The translations under genes and the position numbers were made by a program. This document shows positions 1 to 14,046 of a stretch of 64,000 nt of DNA, piece after piece. Origin of the DNA: Podarcis gaigeae (lineage: Eukaryota); the NCBI GenBank assembly GCA_964106915.2, contig OZ066920.1, one strand, 5' to 3'. How positions within the stretch are numbered: the stretch's first letter is position 1; every line of letters begins with the position of its first letter. The notes under the pieces were generated by a model. The model was not told where the DNA came from. It ran no database searches and saw only the letters and a list, made by a program, of their open reading frames with translations.

Positions 1-94
1 ATGATCTCTTTAATGTTGAACTGAATAGCCTTTCCTCCTGTTGGATCAAGGCCACACTGCTCTTGAACAGGTAAAATGAAGGGGTGAATAAATG

Positions 95-226
95 TGTGTG
101 GTGGGGTCTGTGGTCCTCCATGTGTTGCTAGCCTAAAGCTCCCCTCATCCATTGGCCATGCTGGCTGTAGCTGATGAGGAGTTGGACTCCAACAACATCT
201 GGAGGGCCACAGGTTCCCCACATCTG
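95..226. mobile_element. Palindromic hAT/Charlie-like MITE; relics also at ~27980-28045 and 33200-33280
   Basis: gtggtcctcca..ggactccaacaacatctggagggccacaggttcccca inverted structure. Confidence 0.55.
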
Positions 227-1567
227 GAATAGATAAAAGCAGAACTTGTAAAGTATTTTTTTAAGTATTAAGCCTATTTTTAAAAGCAGAAGGCCTTATT
301 GGACGCTGCTGCAAAGCCATCACTGCATTGCATTTATGCTTGTTTGATTTATTTCTCACGAATCTCTAAGTGGCTAACATTACTTATGTGTAAAACATAA
401 TGGGTGGTATATAACAAAGTACTTCCTCTGTGGAAGGACTTTTGGCTGTGCAAAAGAACTTCCCCTCCCTCTCATCTCCTCTTTCCCAGACCCCCCCAAT
501 CTGTTATGGGGGTCCCCTCAAGCCTCCAGAGCAGATTTGGGGAGGGCACAGGGGGCATGTGGAGAGAAGTGAGGAAGGGCAAGTTCCATTGTGCCCGTGG
601 AAACCATTGGACCTAGTGAAAGTACTTTGCTGGATCCCACCCAATCATCCAGATGCATAGAATCATGCCAATACAGTACTGCTTGTTTATTTGACTTAAG
701 CCAGGCTCAACATGTCACTTGCCAAATCCAGTCCCCATGCAGAATACTTGAGATGCTGTGGAAATGTTTCCAGAAAATCACACCAGTTCCCGTAGACATT
801 GACCACTGCTTTGGTCTCGAAAAGTATACAACACTGTCCCTCTTACTCTTCGAACAACAGTGACCTGTCAAAACCAAAATGTTATGTGACAGCATTAGCC
901 CAACACTTAGGGTGGGATTTAAATTTAATAGTCCCTCTTTGCCAATACTTTTCTCAACTTTTTATTCAGGACTGTGAAAAAATATAACACACCTTTCAAA
1001 AAATTATTAGCACCTCCTAATATCTCAGATCAAAAATTTCACTAGGCTAAGTTCTGGGAATTTAGCCAACCAGGAAAACAGTTGCTTAAGATATCATTTT
1101 TCTTCTCCAACCCACAGTCTCTCCCCCAACATTACTTCCCAATGTCTGTGTTAACGCAACTGCGATTTAGAAGTTATGGGCTAAAGTCATTGGGTTGTGG
1201 ATGACAATAACAAGGAACACAAAATTATCTTTGTATTTATTACTATCAAATATATTTATTACTATCAAATAAATCAAAGTATTTATTACTATATAAATAA
1301 TTAGTGTTAAAAACTGAGATACATCTTTAAGAACCCCAAATGGGGCACTTTTCAGAGGTCAGATACATCCATTCACCATATCTGATAATCACAAACCAGA
1401 CATAGACGGAGGTGGTCTGAGGTGTTTTGGCACCTGAGGTGAAGTAACCCACTGCTGCCCACACAATGGGGTGGGGGGCAAGCTCCATAAGGGCTTCTCC
1501 TCAAGAAGACCTTGTGGCCTCTCCTCCACCGGTCAGGAGAGGGGGATTTTTACAGATCCACCTTCTC

Positions 1568-2007
1568 TTTTTTTACTTCAAAATTTTTATTCATTTTATA
1601 ACACAAATAAAAAACACAAACAGAAAAACAAACAATACAAACAAATTCTTGTCAAATCCTTATTTTTCTAAACATTGTTAAGTGGACTTCCCCATGTCCC
1701 ACCTATCTGATTTTCAATTTACTTCATCTTTAGCAGTTTACATATATCATAGTTTCTAACCATCTTTTTTTTATCACACTTAAAATAACTTGACATTTTA
1801 TCACTTACAAATAATACTATTTTAAAATACACTATCTTCTACTTCTAACCCTACAGCCTATATCCACTTCTAAAGCTATTCTAAGATTTAAATATTAACA
1901 TATTTTTTCAAATATTCCTTAAACTTCTTCCAGTCTTCTTTCACCGTCTCTTCTCTCTAGTCTCGGAGTCTCCCGGTCAGTTCGGCAAGTTCCATTTGGT
2001 CCATAGA
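1568..2007 (-). mobile_element. L1-clade LINE 3' end (ORF2 C-terminus plus 3' UTR)
   Basis: Minus strand reads MELAELTGRLRD*REETVKEDWKKFKEYLKKY, followed by an AT-rich UTR and A-rich tail. Confidence 0.7.
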
Positions 2008-4161
2008 TCCCCCTTCTCCTGCCTAGCAGTGGAGCTTTGCACTGGCTTCTCCTTTCTGATGTTGTGATCATGTTATAGTTATATAACAAAATATAGCAAC
2101 AAATAATAACAGAAAATAACAAAAACCAAGTCTGGGAAAAGAAAATACAACAGGGCAAACCCCTGAAATGTAACGTTTTGGCAGCAACATTATCTGGATT
2201 CTCCACAGTAATGAATAAATGGTGTCAAGCCCAGAGAAAATTGCCAGTATGAAAAGCAAGAATAATAATGCATTATTGTGTTAATAAGTTAATGCATGTT
2301 GATATTCTTAGTATATTGTTAACTGAAGCTTTAGAGTGCATTTCCCCACTAGAATGTTGATCCTATCGTTCATAGTTTTGGCGTGTGTTGTGTCAAGAGA
2401 ATTCAAGACTGGAAATCCATACACATCTATAGAATTAACTATATCTATTGCAGACTAAGTGAGTATGCTTTTTTCTTTTTCCCCTTTTTTTCTAAAAACC
2501 TATTCTTCAGAGAAGGAGATGCACACTATTTACATGACTGAATTTAGGTAACACTTACAGCTTCCTGCTAAAGGTCATTTGTAATTGAGTTGGGCTCCTT
2601 AATCTAAACAGTTAGATGCAATAACATTTGTTCAAAGTTGAGAAAGAAATGGCAAATGGCCACATTTCTTAAGATCCTGTAATTGAGTGAAATCTTGGAA
2701 TCCAGCAGATGACAAGTTCAAGGATGACCCTCTTCTCCTAAAGCCCAGTTGGAACGCATAAAAGCCATCTGATTTTCTGTTTTCATGTGAAACTTTTTAG
2801 AGCAGCAGGATTAATGAATGTATGAGAATGTGTCCTTGGATTACGATGCATTCCTTCAGAATGAGAATAAGAAATATGAGAAATATTAAAAAGAAAACAA
2901 ACGCGGCATTGTTAATTTCTCACTATGCGGCTGAAATACTTGTAACTAAGTGTCCATAACATGACTTCAGTACTGGTTCATTTTCTCACAAATGCCAGGT
3001 GCATTCACTGGAAACAGTTGTAAACAGTACATGATTCTGCTAAGAGACAGAAAAGAACATAAACTACCATTAAACTCCGTTTATAGTCTCCTATAAATGC
3101 TGCAAGATCCTCTCTCCTGGAACTAACAAGATAATAAATTTAAATTGGCTCACATTTCTAACATGGACAGTGGAGCTCTCTATCTTCAATTCGGTCTCTG
3201 TGACAGTATGAAAAGTATTATCTAATGTTATGTGGTTTATTTATGAAAAAATTTTTGTTAGTCAAACCAAATAATCCAACTCTATGTAATTTGAAACAAA
3301 GCCACAATGTCACAGCTGCTTGTGAGAACCTTATTTTCAACTAGCTGATGAGGAGAGCTACTGAAGTAGAGTAACAATTATCTTTGATCTGTTTGTTTAA
3401 AATTACCAAATTGTGAAATTTAGAGTTAAACTCAACAAGCTTACCAGCTGTTCCATCAAATAACTTCCTGGTCAAAGGTCACTCTTGTTATAAGAATGGG
3501 AATATATTATATAATGGCAGGATCCTGCTACTGAAATAAATTTGTACACTTTCCAAACACCCACAAATGCTACCATCACTGTATTTATATATTGAATACC
3601 AGAAATATCCATCGTTTAAGTATTTGGACACTGCATTTCCGAGAAGGACTAGGGTTGAACTGAAATTCCTTGAAGACTGGACTCCTGTATGATAGATACC
3701 TGAAACTACAGCCACTGTGTACTTAATTCTGGAGATTTCCTGTTTGTCTAGAGTCAGAATGGTCAACCCTGTCAGTTTTGGTTTCTCTGCACTTTTTATT
3801 TTGTCCAATGTTCAGTTTGTCCCATTTCTGCATCAATGTGTGATTCTTTTTTGAAAGAATCTTCTACTGTCTTCTACTATGGGCATTTTGGTACACAATG
3901 CTTTGGTGGGAGAACAGTGTCACAAAATTTGGATAAGTGCAAATTTCAAAGGAGAGCAATGTTTCCATTGGTGTATTGGTTCAGGAACTATTTGGTGGGT
4001 TCATATTCAAATATATACTGAACACTTTTCTCCCTCATCCCTTTTCCAGAGAAAGGTGAAGCCTACAGCATGCTTCTTTAAGCCTCTCATCTGCAAAGCA
4101 GTTAAGATGAATGAATTAGTGAATGGACAAATGAACGAGTGAACTTTATTGTTTAAAGTAT

Positions 4162-4513
4162 AAAGGTAAAGGTAAAGGGACCCCTGAACATTAGGTCCAG
4201 TCGTGGCCGACTCTGGGGTTGCGGCACTCATTTCACTTTACTGGCCGAGGGAGCCGGCGTACAGCTTCCAGGTCATGTGGTCAGCATGACTAAGCCGCTT
4301 CTGGTGAACCAGAGCAGCGCACGGAAATGCAGTGTACCTTCCCACCTGAGCGGTACCTATTTATCTACTTGCACTTTGACGTGCTTTCGAACTGCTTGCT
4401 AGGTGGGCAGGAGCTGGGACCGAGCAACGGGAGCTCACCCCGTCGCAGGGATTCGAACCGCCAACCTTCTGATTGGCAAGTTCTAGGCTCTGTGGTTTAA
4501 CCCACAGCACCAC
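4162..4513 (-). mobile_element. Sauria SINE (Squam1), main subfamily
   Basis: (AAAGGT)n tail, i.e. (ACCTTT)n on minus; tRNA-like head with B box (ggattcgaacc); near-identical to other copies in the window. Confidence 0.92.
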
Positions 4514-5051
4514 TGACCACCACAATATAAATACAGCAAACAAACAACCATTTTGACATATTCAACAAACAAATTCTGCTACTTTGGTGGTAGTCAATAC
4601 ATGTTGGTTTACATATGTGACCCAAGAGGAATCTGACACGGGCCAAAGGACACAATTAACGAATGTGTGCCTAGGGTGCCCATTTAAAGGGCAACTGAGT
4701 AAGTAATTAGAGACACCCACAACCCCATTGCACTCACAAATGCAGTCTTGGGTAGGCTGAAATGTTAAGTACCTGTATAAACTATGCTAGACCCATTACT
4801 TTAAAGAAACAAAAACCTTATCCTAAATATGCACAGCTCAACCTTATATATTTTTTTATTACACAGAAGTAAATCCCACTGAGGTTAACTCCCAAACCTA
4901 TGCTCACTTGCCACCCAGAGTTCTGAGTAAGGATGCAGAGGTTCAAGCAGTAATGTCCACAGTGTACATAGAATTGCAGTTTAAGTCTGCTGTCTCTGAA
5001 CCCAAGGAAATTCCATTTCTGTCATCAGGGGTGTCATTGTCTTTGTGGCTT

Positions 5052-5297
5052 AGAGAGCTAGTGTGGTGTAGTGGTTAAGAGCAGTACTCGTAATTTGGTG
5101 AACCGGGTTCGCATCCCCGCTCCTCCACATGCAGCTGCTGGGTGACCTTGGGCCAGTCACACTTCTTTGAAGTCTCTCAGCCCCACTCACCTCACAGAGT
5201 GTTTGTTGTGGGGGAGGAAGGGAAAGGAGGTTGTTAGCCACTTTGAGACTCCTTAGGGTAAAGTGGGATATCAAATCCAAACTCCTCTTCTTCTTCT
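5052..5297 (+). mobile_element. Squam3-type (tRNA-headed, L2-tailed) SINE, young copy
   Basis: gagagctagtgtggtgtagtggttaagagc A box, ggttcgcatccc B box, gggtgaccttgggccagtcac core, (CTT)n tail. Confidence 0.8.
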
Positions 5298-6874
5298 TAG
5301 AAATTCTCTGCCAAATAAGCATGTCTTGTTTAAAAATTTCACAGGCTTTTGAAAGATTTTATGTGATTCACCTGGAAAACAGAAGGGGGAAAGGAACAAC
5401 AATAATAAAAAAGGCAGCATAAGTGTTACTTATTTTTATTTTTATTATTTATTAAATTTGTATACCAGCCTATACCTGCAGATCTCTGGGCAGTTCACAA
5501 GACAAAATCACAGCATGAAAAACACAAAATACATAACAAAAATAAATGCAAATGCAATCCAATAATCGCCCTTCCACAGCACATTTTAGAACGGCTTTGG
5601 GTGTCAGTCAGCCAAAGTCCTGGTTGTAGAGCAATGGTTTTGCTTGGCCACATGTATTTGTGGTGCTGCTTGTGCACTTACTGTTACTGGTGTCATTGCT
5701 GGATTGTGGCTGCATTATTCTGGGCAAGGGGTGGGGGGTAAATTCAATTTAGTTTGCAGTTAAAGGCAAACCTCCCTAATTCACATCATCCCTCAAAATT
5801 TGCACTTCTCTCAGTTTTGCAGTGTAGTCATATAAATGCATATATTAGTGAAAATAACATACAAAAATGCATTATATTAGGGAAATTGTTTAGTAAAATG
5901 TGTATATTAGGCAAACTTGCATACAATAATGTGTACAATAAGAGAAATCCACAACTGAATGCTAATGAAGTTTATGAGGACTTTTTAGAAAATCAGAAAC
6001 TAGCATAGAAATGTGGAGGACGAAATGTGAGATTGGAAAAATGAGAAACCGAGAGAAACCAGCATTGACAGATTTGCACACCTCTCCTCTGGTGTGACAA
6101 CTCTTTTGGTGATGTGCTGGTGCAGCTGACAACCCCCAACCCCTTCAACGCATATTTCCTGACATGGCTCAAGTCTTCTGCTCAGCTTCATAAATCAAGC
6201 TTATATCCCAGCTCTTCCAGCTAAGGCATTTTGTAAATCAACTGAGGAAGGACTGAGTGTTTCTTCTGCCTAACTGAGAATTTGCTAATAACACAGTTAG
6301 CCAGCAATACTTCACGTTCTGCATTGAAAGAGAGGGTGTGTCCCTGGTTGGCTGGTTTGTGCTGAATTAATATTTGCTTAGCTAATTCATTTCAGAATAT
6401 TCCTTCTCAACATATTAATATTAAAATAGGATAATGCGTTGCACTGGAAGAACTGTAAATAAGATGGACACACACACACATTTGGAGTAGAGTAGTCTTC
6501 ATGTTGAGTCTGCAATCCTAAACATATAAGCCCCATTGGATACAGTGCATAAGACTGGGCTGTAAGATCTTACAAGGGAATTATATTCTTCCACATGCTC
6601 CGTGACTTATTCAATAGTTTTTCACTATTTCAGAAATCCTTACAGCTCAACCCTATAACTTTTACTCAGAGGTACATTACACCAAGTTCATGAGACTTAC
6701 TCTCCAATAACTCTAAACAGTTTGAGAAACAAAAATCTAAGCCTTTCCAAAGGCTTTCTGGCCAGCACCTCTTGTTTTGATCACAATTGCCATGTTAATT
6801 ACATATTATGAGAAGCAGCAATTCCTTTGTCTAATTCTAACCTGTTGCAGATCCATTTTTCTTGTGTGACTCTG

Positions 6875-7094
6875 AGGCTCATCCACACATCCACTTGTCC
6901 CAGGTCTGCGTAGTTTTCTGTTTGTCTTATGCTTTCTAGGCATTGAACTGAGCGGTTTTCCAGTTGCCCTGCCACTTTCCCTTACCTCTGAATTGAAGCA
7001 AAAGTCAATGTGCAGAAAACCTGTTTGATGTTTGTGGTAAAGACCTTGATTACCCAGGGAAAAGCAATGGACAAGAAGAGGTGTGGATGAGCCC
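6875..7094. mobile_element. Inverted-repeat MITE (PIF/Harbinger-like)
   Basis: ggctcatccacac..cttgtcc / ggacaag..gtgtggatgagcc terminal inverted repeats, with TGA adjacent on both sides. Confidence 0.6.
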
Positions 7095-9462
7095 TGAGTT
7101 GCACAAATGTGTATATGGGGTATCAGGCCTGGGAGTCAACTATGTCCTTCCAGACCTCTCAGTCTGATGCTGGGACTCTCCCCAGACCACACATACAACC
7201 AGCCCAGCTTCACACCTTCCTTGAGTATTTTTGCCTGGTTCAAACCAGTCATGATATTGCCTTTGGCTTGTCTGGATGGAGGAGAGAGAGAAATAGAGAG
7301 GGAAGAAACTAGCCCACTGCACAAAGGTAAAATCTACATTCGTTTCCCCACCCACTTTGGGCTATGTCTGCCCTGTCTGCCATATGCATGGAGCCCCTGG
7401 AAAGTTGCCTAGAAGGCTATGCAGCCCTCAGGTCAAAAGAGGGTTCAAAACTGTATAAGGTAATCATCCCTGACTCTTTATTGTCTAAATCAAAAATTTA
7501 GCATGTCATAGGGAAAATTCTGGTCCCCTCACCTCAAAAAGACCCTGCTTCCACCAGTGGCAGACTTTGGGCTCTCAAATTTCAGCGGCGCCCTGTGCAA
7601 TGCTAAAATTCAGGGACCTCCCCTCCCCTATTGCGTTGCTTTGGTGCCCTCTGGTTGCTCTACCCCATAACTGCCTATGATTCCAGAAGATTCCCAAAGC
7701 ACTGTTTTATCCTATTCATGCTTCTTTGTACTGCCTCCATCCCTTCTCTTGTGCTCATTTTGACCTGTTTTACTCTTCATTGTTGTGTGATGGATCACAT
7801 AGCAAGCATGTTTATGATGGCCCATCAGGAGCATTGCCCTCCCTCTGGAAAGGAGCTGTGCTATGAACACTTTTTCACTGGTTGCAGACTCTCCCTATCC
7901 ACTATCTTTGGAGCAAAGAAGTCCTCCTGCCTGTTTTATTTCACCCCCTTTTCTAGAACCAGATCCTAACGAACCCCATTGGTCATTTTTACTGTACAGA
8001 GCAGGAGTAATGCCTGGCTGCTAATAGTCCCATCAGATTATCTGGTCTGTATAGTTGTGTGTTGAAACAATCCAGGGTAATCCACAAACACAATTACGCA
8101 TATGGTTAACTATAAACATTTGAGTTATGGCAGCAGAATTAAAAAAAATGAAGTTTGCACTTCAAGTCAGTGCATAAGCTAGAGGACTCTCTCATCATCC
8201 TTGGGGATCAAACCTTCCATCAGCATTCCCATTAATTTCGATGAGACCTCTCATAAGTGTCTCTACTCAGAATTCGATCTGCAGCATTTGAAAATGAAAC
8301 ATGTTCCCCCTAACTTTGGGCTACTGATAGGATTTCATACCAAACCACAATATGATACGCATGGCTGCCATAAAGTAATGCAGTGTCAACATTTTTCAAG
8401 CAAGAAGATGTGTTGTTTTGCCAGGCAGATGGCTTCCAGATCTGCTGTTGTCACTCATTAAGATAGTAAGCCGGACTTCTGTGAATTATGATACGGTAAA
8501 TACTTTAATAGTAGATATATGGGGGAGTGATCTCAAATCATTCTCTCCCTTGGTTGCTTTAAGCATTTCATCTTGACAGTTGGCCTTGTGAATCTGTAAC
8601 AGGTTTAGAAGATGCCAGGAATAAAACATGCACAGGATGCAAAGGAATCTAGACACAAAACTGTGGGTCCTTTTGCCTTATATCTGACATGATATCGCTG
8701 GAAGGAGATCAGGAGAGGAACCAAACACCTAATGCCAAATGCAGAGCCCCATGTTAGTGTCATGTAAAATAGTCATTGGGGAAACCACTGTTCTGCTTTT
8801 TTGAATGTATAGTAACCTATTAGTGGATATTCATATTGTCCATAGTAAGATATGGGGTACCATATTTAAATGGTGCTGAAGGCAAGCCATGTTTTCAAAA
8901 GGACAATTGGGAGTGCAGGCTCCCATTTGTTTTTTCACAAGGGAAGCTTGCATTTGGTGCTGTTTAAATTTAGCACCAAATGCAAGCCAAACTGCTGATC
9001 CACTCAGAACCTCTTGACTGGGAGCTCCCGAATGGATCTACTGAAAAGCATCGCTGCGAAGTGGCCTTCTTTTTCAGGCGGGAGGTGAGAAAAAGAGGGG
9101 GGATGACTCAGAAATTTTCTCAGAAAAATGTATTCTGATAAATTTTTATTGAGCTCTCCACGCAGCACTTTTTCTGCAACGAATGTCAGAACATATGCAG
9201 AGAACCAAGAAAAATATATTTTGGTAATTTGAAAGTATTAATATGGGTTGAAGGCGAATTTGCCTAGGAAAGGTGGTAGGAATCACAGGGCTGACATGTG
9301 CCCAGAGTGAGGCCATCATTCTGATTGGCTATCACACTCCACTGTCTCGGATTTTCTTTCTCCTGAGGACCCATAGCTTGGAATAAAACATGAATTTAGA
9401 AAGCTGCCCTATGTCAGGTCAGACTCTCTGTCCTTCGTGTTATAAAGCTAGGATGGCCACTT

Positions 9463-9824
9463 AAAGGTAAAGGTAAAGGGACCCCTGACCATTAGGTCCA
9501 GTTGTGGCCGGGGTCGAGAGCCCGCAACCCCACCTCCTCCTGAAGCTCGGTAGTGGCATTGCGGCGCTCATCTCGCTTTATTGGCGAAGGGAGCCAGCGT
9601 ACAGCTTCCGGGTCATGTGGCCAGCATGACTAAGCCACTTCTGGCGAACCAGAGCAGCGCACGGAAACACCGTTTACCTTCCCGCCAAAGTGGTACCTAT
9701 TTATCTACTTGCACTTTGACGTGCTTTTGAACTGCTAGGTTGTTAAGAGCAGGGATCGAGCAACAGGAGCTCACCCCGTCGTGGGGATTCGAACCGCCGA
9801 CCTTCTGATTGGCAAGTCCTAGGC
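9463..9824 (-). mobile_element. Sauria SINE, 5'-truncated, with internal rearrangement
   Basis: Same consensus; ~45 bp extra sequence at ~9511-9558. Confidence 0.9.
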
Positions 9825-11061
9825 AAGAGTGCAAAAGAGGATACAATTGTGCATAATATTTGAATATGCTAATTTATATGTGTAGGTGCACTTTTAGAGA
9901 TTTAAAGAGAAATGCAATGCATCTTGCCATAGTGGGGCAGAGCGTAACCAGGTGAGCTGTGTGCTTCCTCAGTCTGCTGTTCAGGTGCTAAGTGTTCAAA
10001 TGCTATGTCTTGAGGGGTACTATCAAGACCTTGCTGTCGCTTCTATTCTCCCCCCCCCCCCATGCACTGTACTTGGATGAGACAAACCTTCAAATAGAGG
10101 ACTGTCTCATGACAACCTTTTAAATGAAGATTGTCCTCTGTAAAGTTAAGAACAATACCAAGGTATTACTCTTTTAAATGTGTTGCAAGTTGTATTTCCC
10201 CCCTCCAGTTATTCTAGTACTTTGCTGATAGAAAAGAATAACTTAGTGGGCATGTTACACCAGGATTTCATCCTGTTTAGCATTTTCTGGCATAGTGGGA
10301 CCACAGGATTATACTGAAAAGGATGCAGATCCAGAGACTGTAGTATTGCTCACTACTAATGTTGTCATAGGCCCCAGCCAATCCATTGTCAAAACACTAA
10401 TGACATCATAAGCCCCTGACAAAAATGCTTAGAATACTCTCATGACATTTCGCACAACACTTTCAATAACAGAAGTAACAGACACATTACCTAGGAGAAG
10501 TATCACATGGTTTTACTTAAAGTATAGCTCTCAAAGCGGCACATTTCCCCCACTGATAAAATACTACAGCCTGAGTGCTGTTAAAGCTGCAATCTCTCTG
10601 CAACAGATGTGCTATCTTGAGGGAGAAATGCTGGACCCTACAACCAGATTATCTAGGAAGGCCGTTCAAGTCCCAAGTCCCAGGCAAGAGAATTTACAGT
10701 ACAAGTGCTGTGATGAAATCACTTTCTGTGCTTGACTTTAAACATTAACATTTGGAAAGTTAAGGAGGAAACCTGAGAGGCTACATGGATCTTCTCCTGG
10801 TGCCTTGATACAAAGGGACACATCTGGCTGGCAGGTGCACACTCTCAACATCGAGACTTGGGCTCCCCCCCCCATCTCAAATCAATTGTTGACCATATTT
10901 AATCATTGTCAGCCTTGACAAGACTCCCAGTTATCTGCAAAGGAAATGTTAGCAGTGCCACCCCAAATGTATTAAGGTCACCAGTACATTGTTTTACAAA
11001 CATTAAATAATGTTTTATCACAATGTCTTGTGCATGATTATTAGACTGTGGTTATGTAAAC

Positions 11062-11114
11062 CCTCCTCCTCCTCCTCTTCTTCTTCTTCTTCTTCTTCTT
11101 CTTCTTCTTCTTCC
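11062..11114. repeat. (CCT)n(CTT)n microsatellite
   Basis: Direct reading. Confidence 0.95.
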
Positions 11115-13697
11115 TTTAAAAAGCCACACTAGATCCAACAGTGAATAATCTTTTTTCTCTTGAGGGCCACATTCTGACAGAGATGAACTGTGGGGAGCCA
11201 CATGCTCATGGTAGGTGAGCTAGTGTTAAGGATCGACAGAACCTGAGAGAACCGTTCTCAGGGTTAACTAACCATGAATAAAAACAGTTTCTAATTTCAC
11301 CATGGCTACCTCAGAATTACCAATATTATGCAGGTCTGCTCAGAAGTAAGACTGCCTGGTTTTAATGGGTTCACTCTCAAACAAGTATATAGGGAATTGA
11401 TTCACTGATTAATCAATCCATCAATCAATTACTCCAACAAACCAGTACAACTACTGTTCTGAAAAACCAACTGAAAGAAATACCTTTCTGACTTGTGTGT
11501 ACCACACAAAAGAAAGAGGGAGAGAGAAACCTACCAGCTTGTTCTGGAGAAAAATGTTTCCCCTCAAGCCATATAACCAGGGAAAATGTATTTTTTTAAA
11601 AAAATAAGTTTTTTTTTTTTCAAATAAGATATTGCCCCTCCCAATTGTTTTGAAGCTACACAGAAAGAATGGGGGGGGGGGAACCACTTTAAAATGCCAG
11701 GAAAAAATAAGGAAGAAATGAACAGGAAGGAGGAAATCAGATGGGATGGAAGAATAGGACAGTTTCCAGAAGTGTTGCAGGTAATATAAATTGAGGTCAG
11801 GATCCTCAAATTGCCAGCCTGTGCACTAAATGATGAGCACTAATAGAATGAGAAGCAACACTCATATGGTTCATACCAAACTTGATCTGTGAACTTAAGA
11901 GTCAATTCACACAAATGTTAGCATATTTTCACCACCACCTTTCTGTTTCACTCTTCCTCAATAGAATGCCAGGTGGCATACATGAGGTTTTCCACACTCC
12001 ATTTTATCTTCACAGCAACACTCTAGATTGGCCTGAGAAATAGTCTAGCTTACCATCACCAGGTGACCTTGGATGATAGCTGGTGGTGTTCAAACATGGT
12101 GTCCCACTGGTTGATGGATATTCATGTTTGGTGATACACCTGTAAGTGTTTAGCCGGTATATTGCACTCAAGCTTGGCTGCTAGCAGGACTGTAGATTTG
12201 GGGATTTTATTTAGCTTTATTCTTCTGAGTATCTTAGCTGAAGTGTAATATAGACCATCTGCCACTTTAATTCACTTCATAATCTGATGAATTAGCTTGT
12301 TGCTGACAAAAGCCTGTGCTGCAATAAATCAGCTACAGTCTTTAAGTGATCAGATGATTTTATCCTTTTGGGCTGGATTTTCTTGTGGGTGGAAGGGAAA
12401 AGGAAATCAAGCCTGATAACCAATGGCCTGGATCTCCTGCAGAGTCAGACATGCTGAACCTACTCCTTTGTGATTGCAGTTGGTTTACCTACAATATTTT
12501 AAACTGTCTGCTACAGCCAAGTTTGTTTTTGCTGCAGATTTAATGTACTCCAAAATATTTCTTTTCTTTGCCCAGGTTTCCATTCAGCCACAATAGTGGT
12601 ATTTCATCCAATAGATTAGTAGTAATCTCACTCCATTTTTTTAAAAAATGGATACTTGGAACAATAAACTTTACAAGACCTCTGCAATGCCACAGAGTCA
12701 TTTGAAAGAAACCCACGGATTCAGTATTGGACTGAATCAGAGCCCTTTGTGAAACCTTGCTTGGCTCCATTGTAGATCAACCACAATCTGGGTAACATTA
12801 GAATTCACAACACTACTCAAATATTACTGTGTCAAATATCTTAACATTTGCTTCACTTTTTCCTTTGTGTAGAAAACATGATCTTGATTTGTGCAGTTTA
12901 CTGAATTTAATTTCTGCTTGCTTCCTCTGTGTGAACAAGAGGAAGCTGGAATCTATATATTCTGGATTTTTGAAATATAGTTCTGTCTTTATGGTACAAA
13001 TGCAGAAAATCCACAGTTATTTCAAGGATATGTGATGTTTTGGTTACAGCCGATTGTTTATTAAATGATAGGTCCCAATGGCTACAATCAGTGTGCTTTA
13101 TGAATGGTCCTCAGGTTTCCTAATTAAGGTTGCATTCCTACGCACACTTAACCTGAACGTAAGCCCCACTGAACATAGTGGGATAACTTAAAAGTAAACA
13201 TACACTGGACTGCACCATAAGATGTTGAATGGCACATTCCCAGCACCTACAAAGATCTGAGCAGGCAAAAATGTCCCTGCCTCACTAAATAAGCAGGTGA
13301 GGGAAATGGCCTCACAGCATTTTAACTTGCTAATGTGTACAGAGCCTTAGGAGCAATCCTAAATATGGGATGCCAACATAATTTTTGCTGCTTTCAGCTA
13401 AGCAGACATAAAGTACACCAGATCCAAACTCCATTCAGGAGGGGAGCTATTGCCAGCTGAGCTGGCTTAATCCTGGCAGGGGGAAAACAAAGCTTTTGAA
13501 ATAGAGTTTGGTTTACACCACCGCCCTTTTTGCCAGCGTTAGTTGTGCTGGGTTGCCAAGTCATGTGACTGAGTTGAACAGAGTTGGGAAACAGCATAAG
13601 TCCTCCCCTACCTGGTCCTGCCTCCACCTCTCCTCCCCTCCCCTGGAAACCCCAATTTATAGGACTTACTGCTGCAGTAGTTCTACCAGCCTCAGTA

Positions 13698-14046
13698 AAT
13701 GTAAAGGTAAAGGGACCCCTGACCATTAGGTCCAGTCATGACCGACTCTAGGGTTGCGGTGCCCATCTCGCTTTATTGGCCAAGGGAGCCGGCATACAGC
13801 TTCCAGGTCATGTGGCCAGCATGACTAAGCTGCTTCTGGCGCACCAGAGCAGTGCACGGAAACGCCGTTTACCTTCCCACCAGAGTGGTACCTATTTATC
13901 TACTTGCACTGGTGTGCTTTCGAACTGCTAGGTGGGCAGGAGCAGGGACCAAGCAATGGGAGCTCACCCCGTCACAGGGATTTGAACCGCCGACCTTCTG
14001 ATCGGCAAGCCCTAGGCTCTGTGGTTTAATCCACAGCGCCACCCGC
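13698..14046 (-). mobile_element. Sauria SINE with 13-bp TSD
   Basis: TSD accagcctcagta (13685-13697) / accagcctccgta (14047-14059). Confidence 0.93.

Noticed and set aside
4420-4513. tRNA genes at A/B-box motifs
   Set aside because: All are heads of SINEs continuing into SINE bodies; no complete cloverleaf.
10768-13119. Two MEF3/SIX-type TCAGGTTTC 9-mers (10768 minus, 13111 plus)
   Set aside because: Isolated; the count is near chance expectation for 64 kb.
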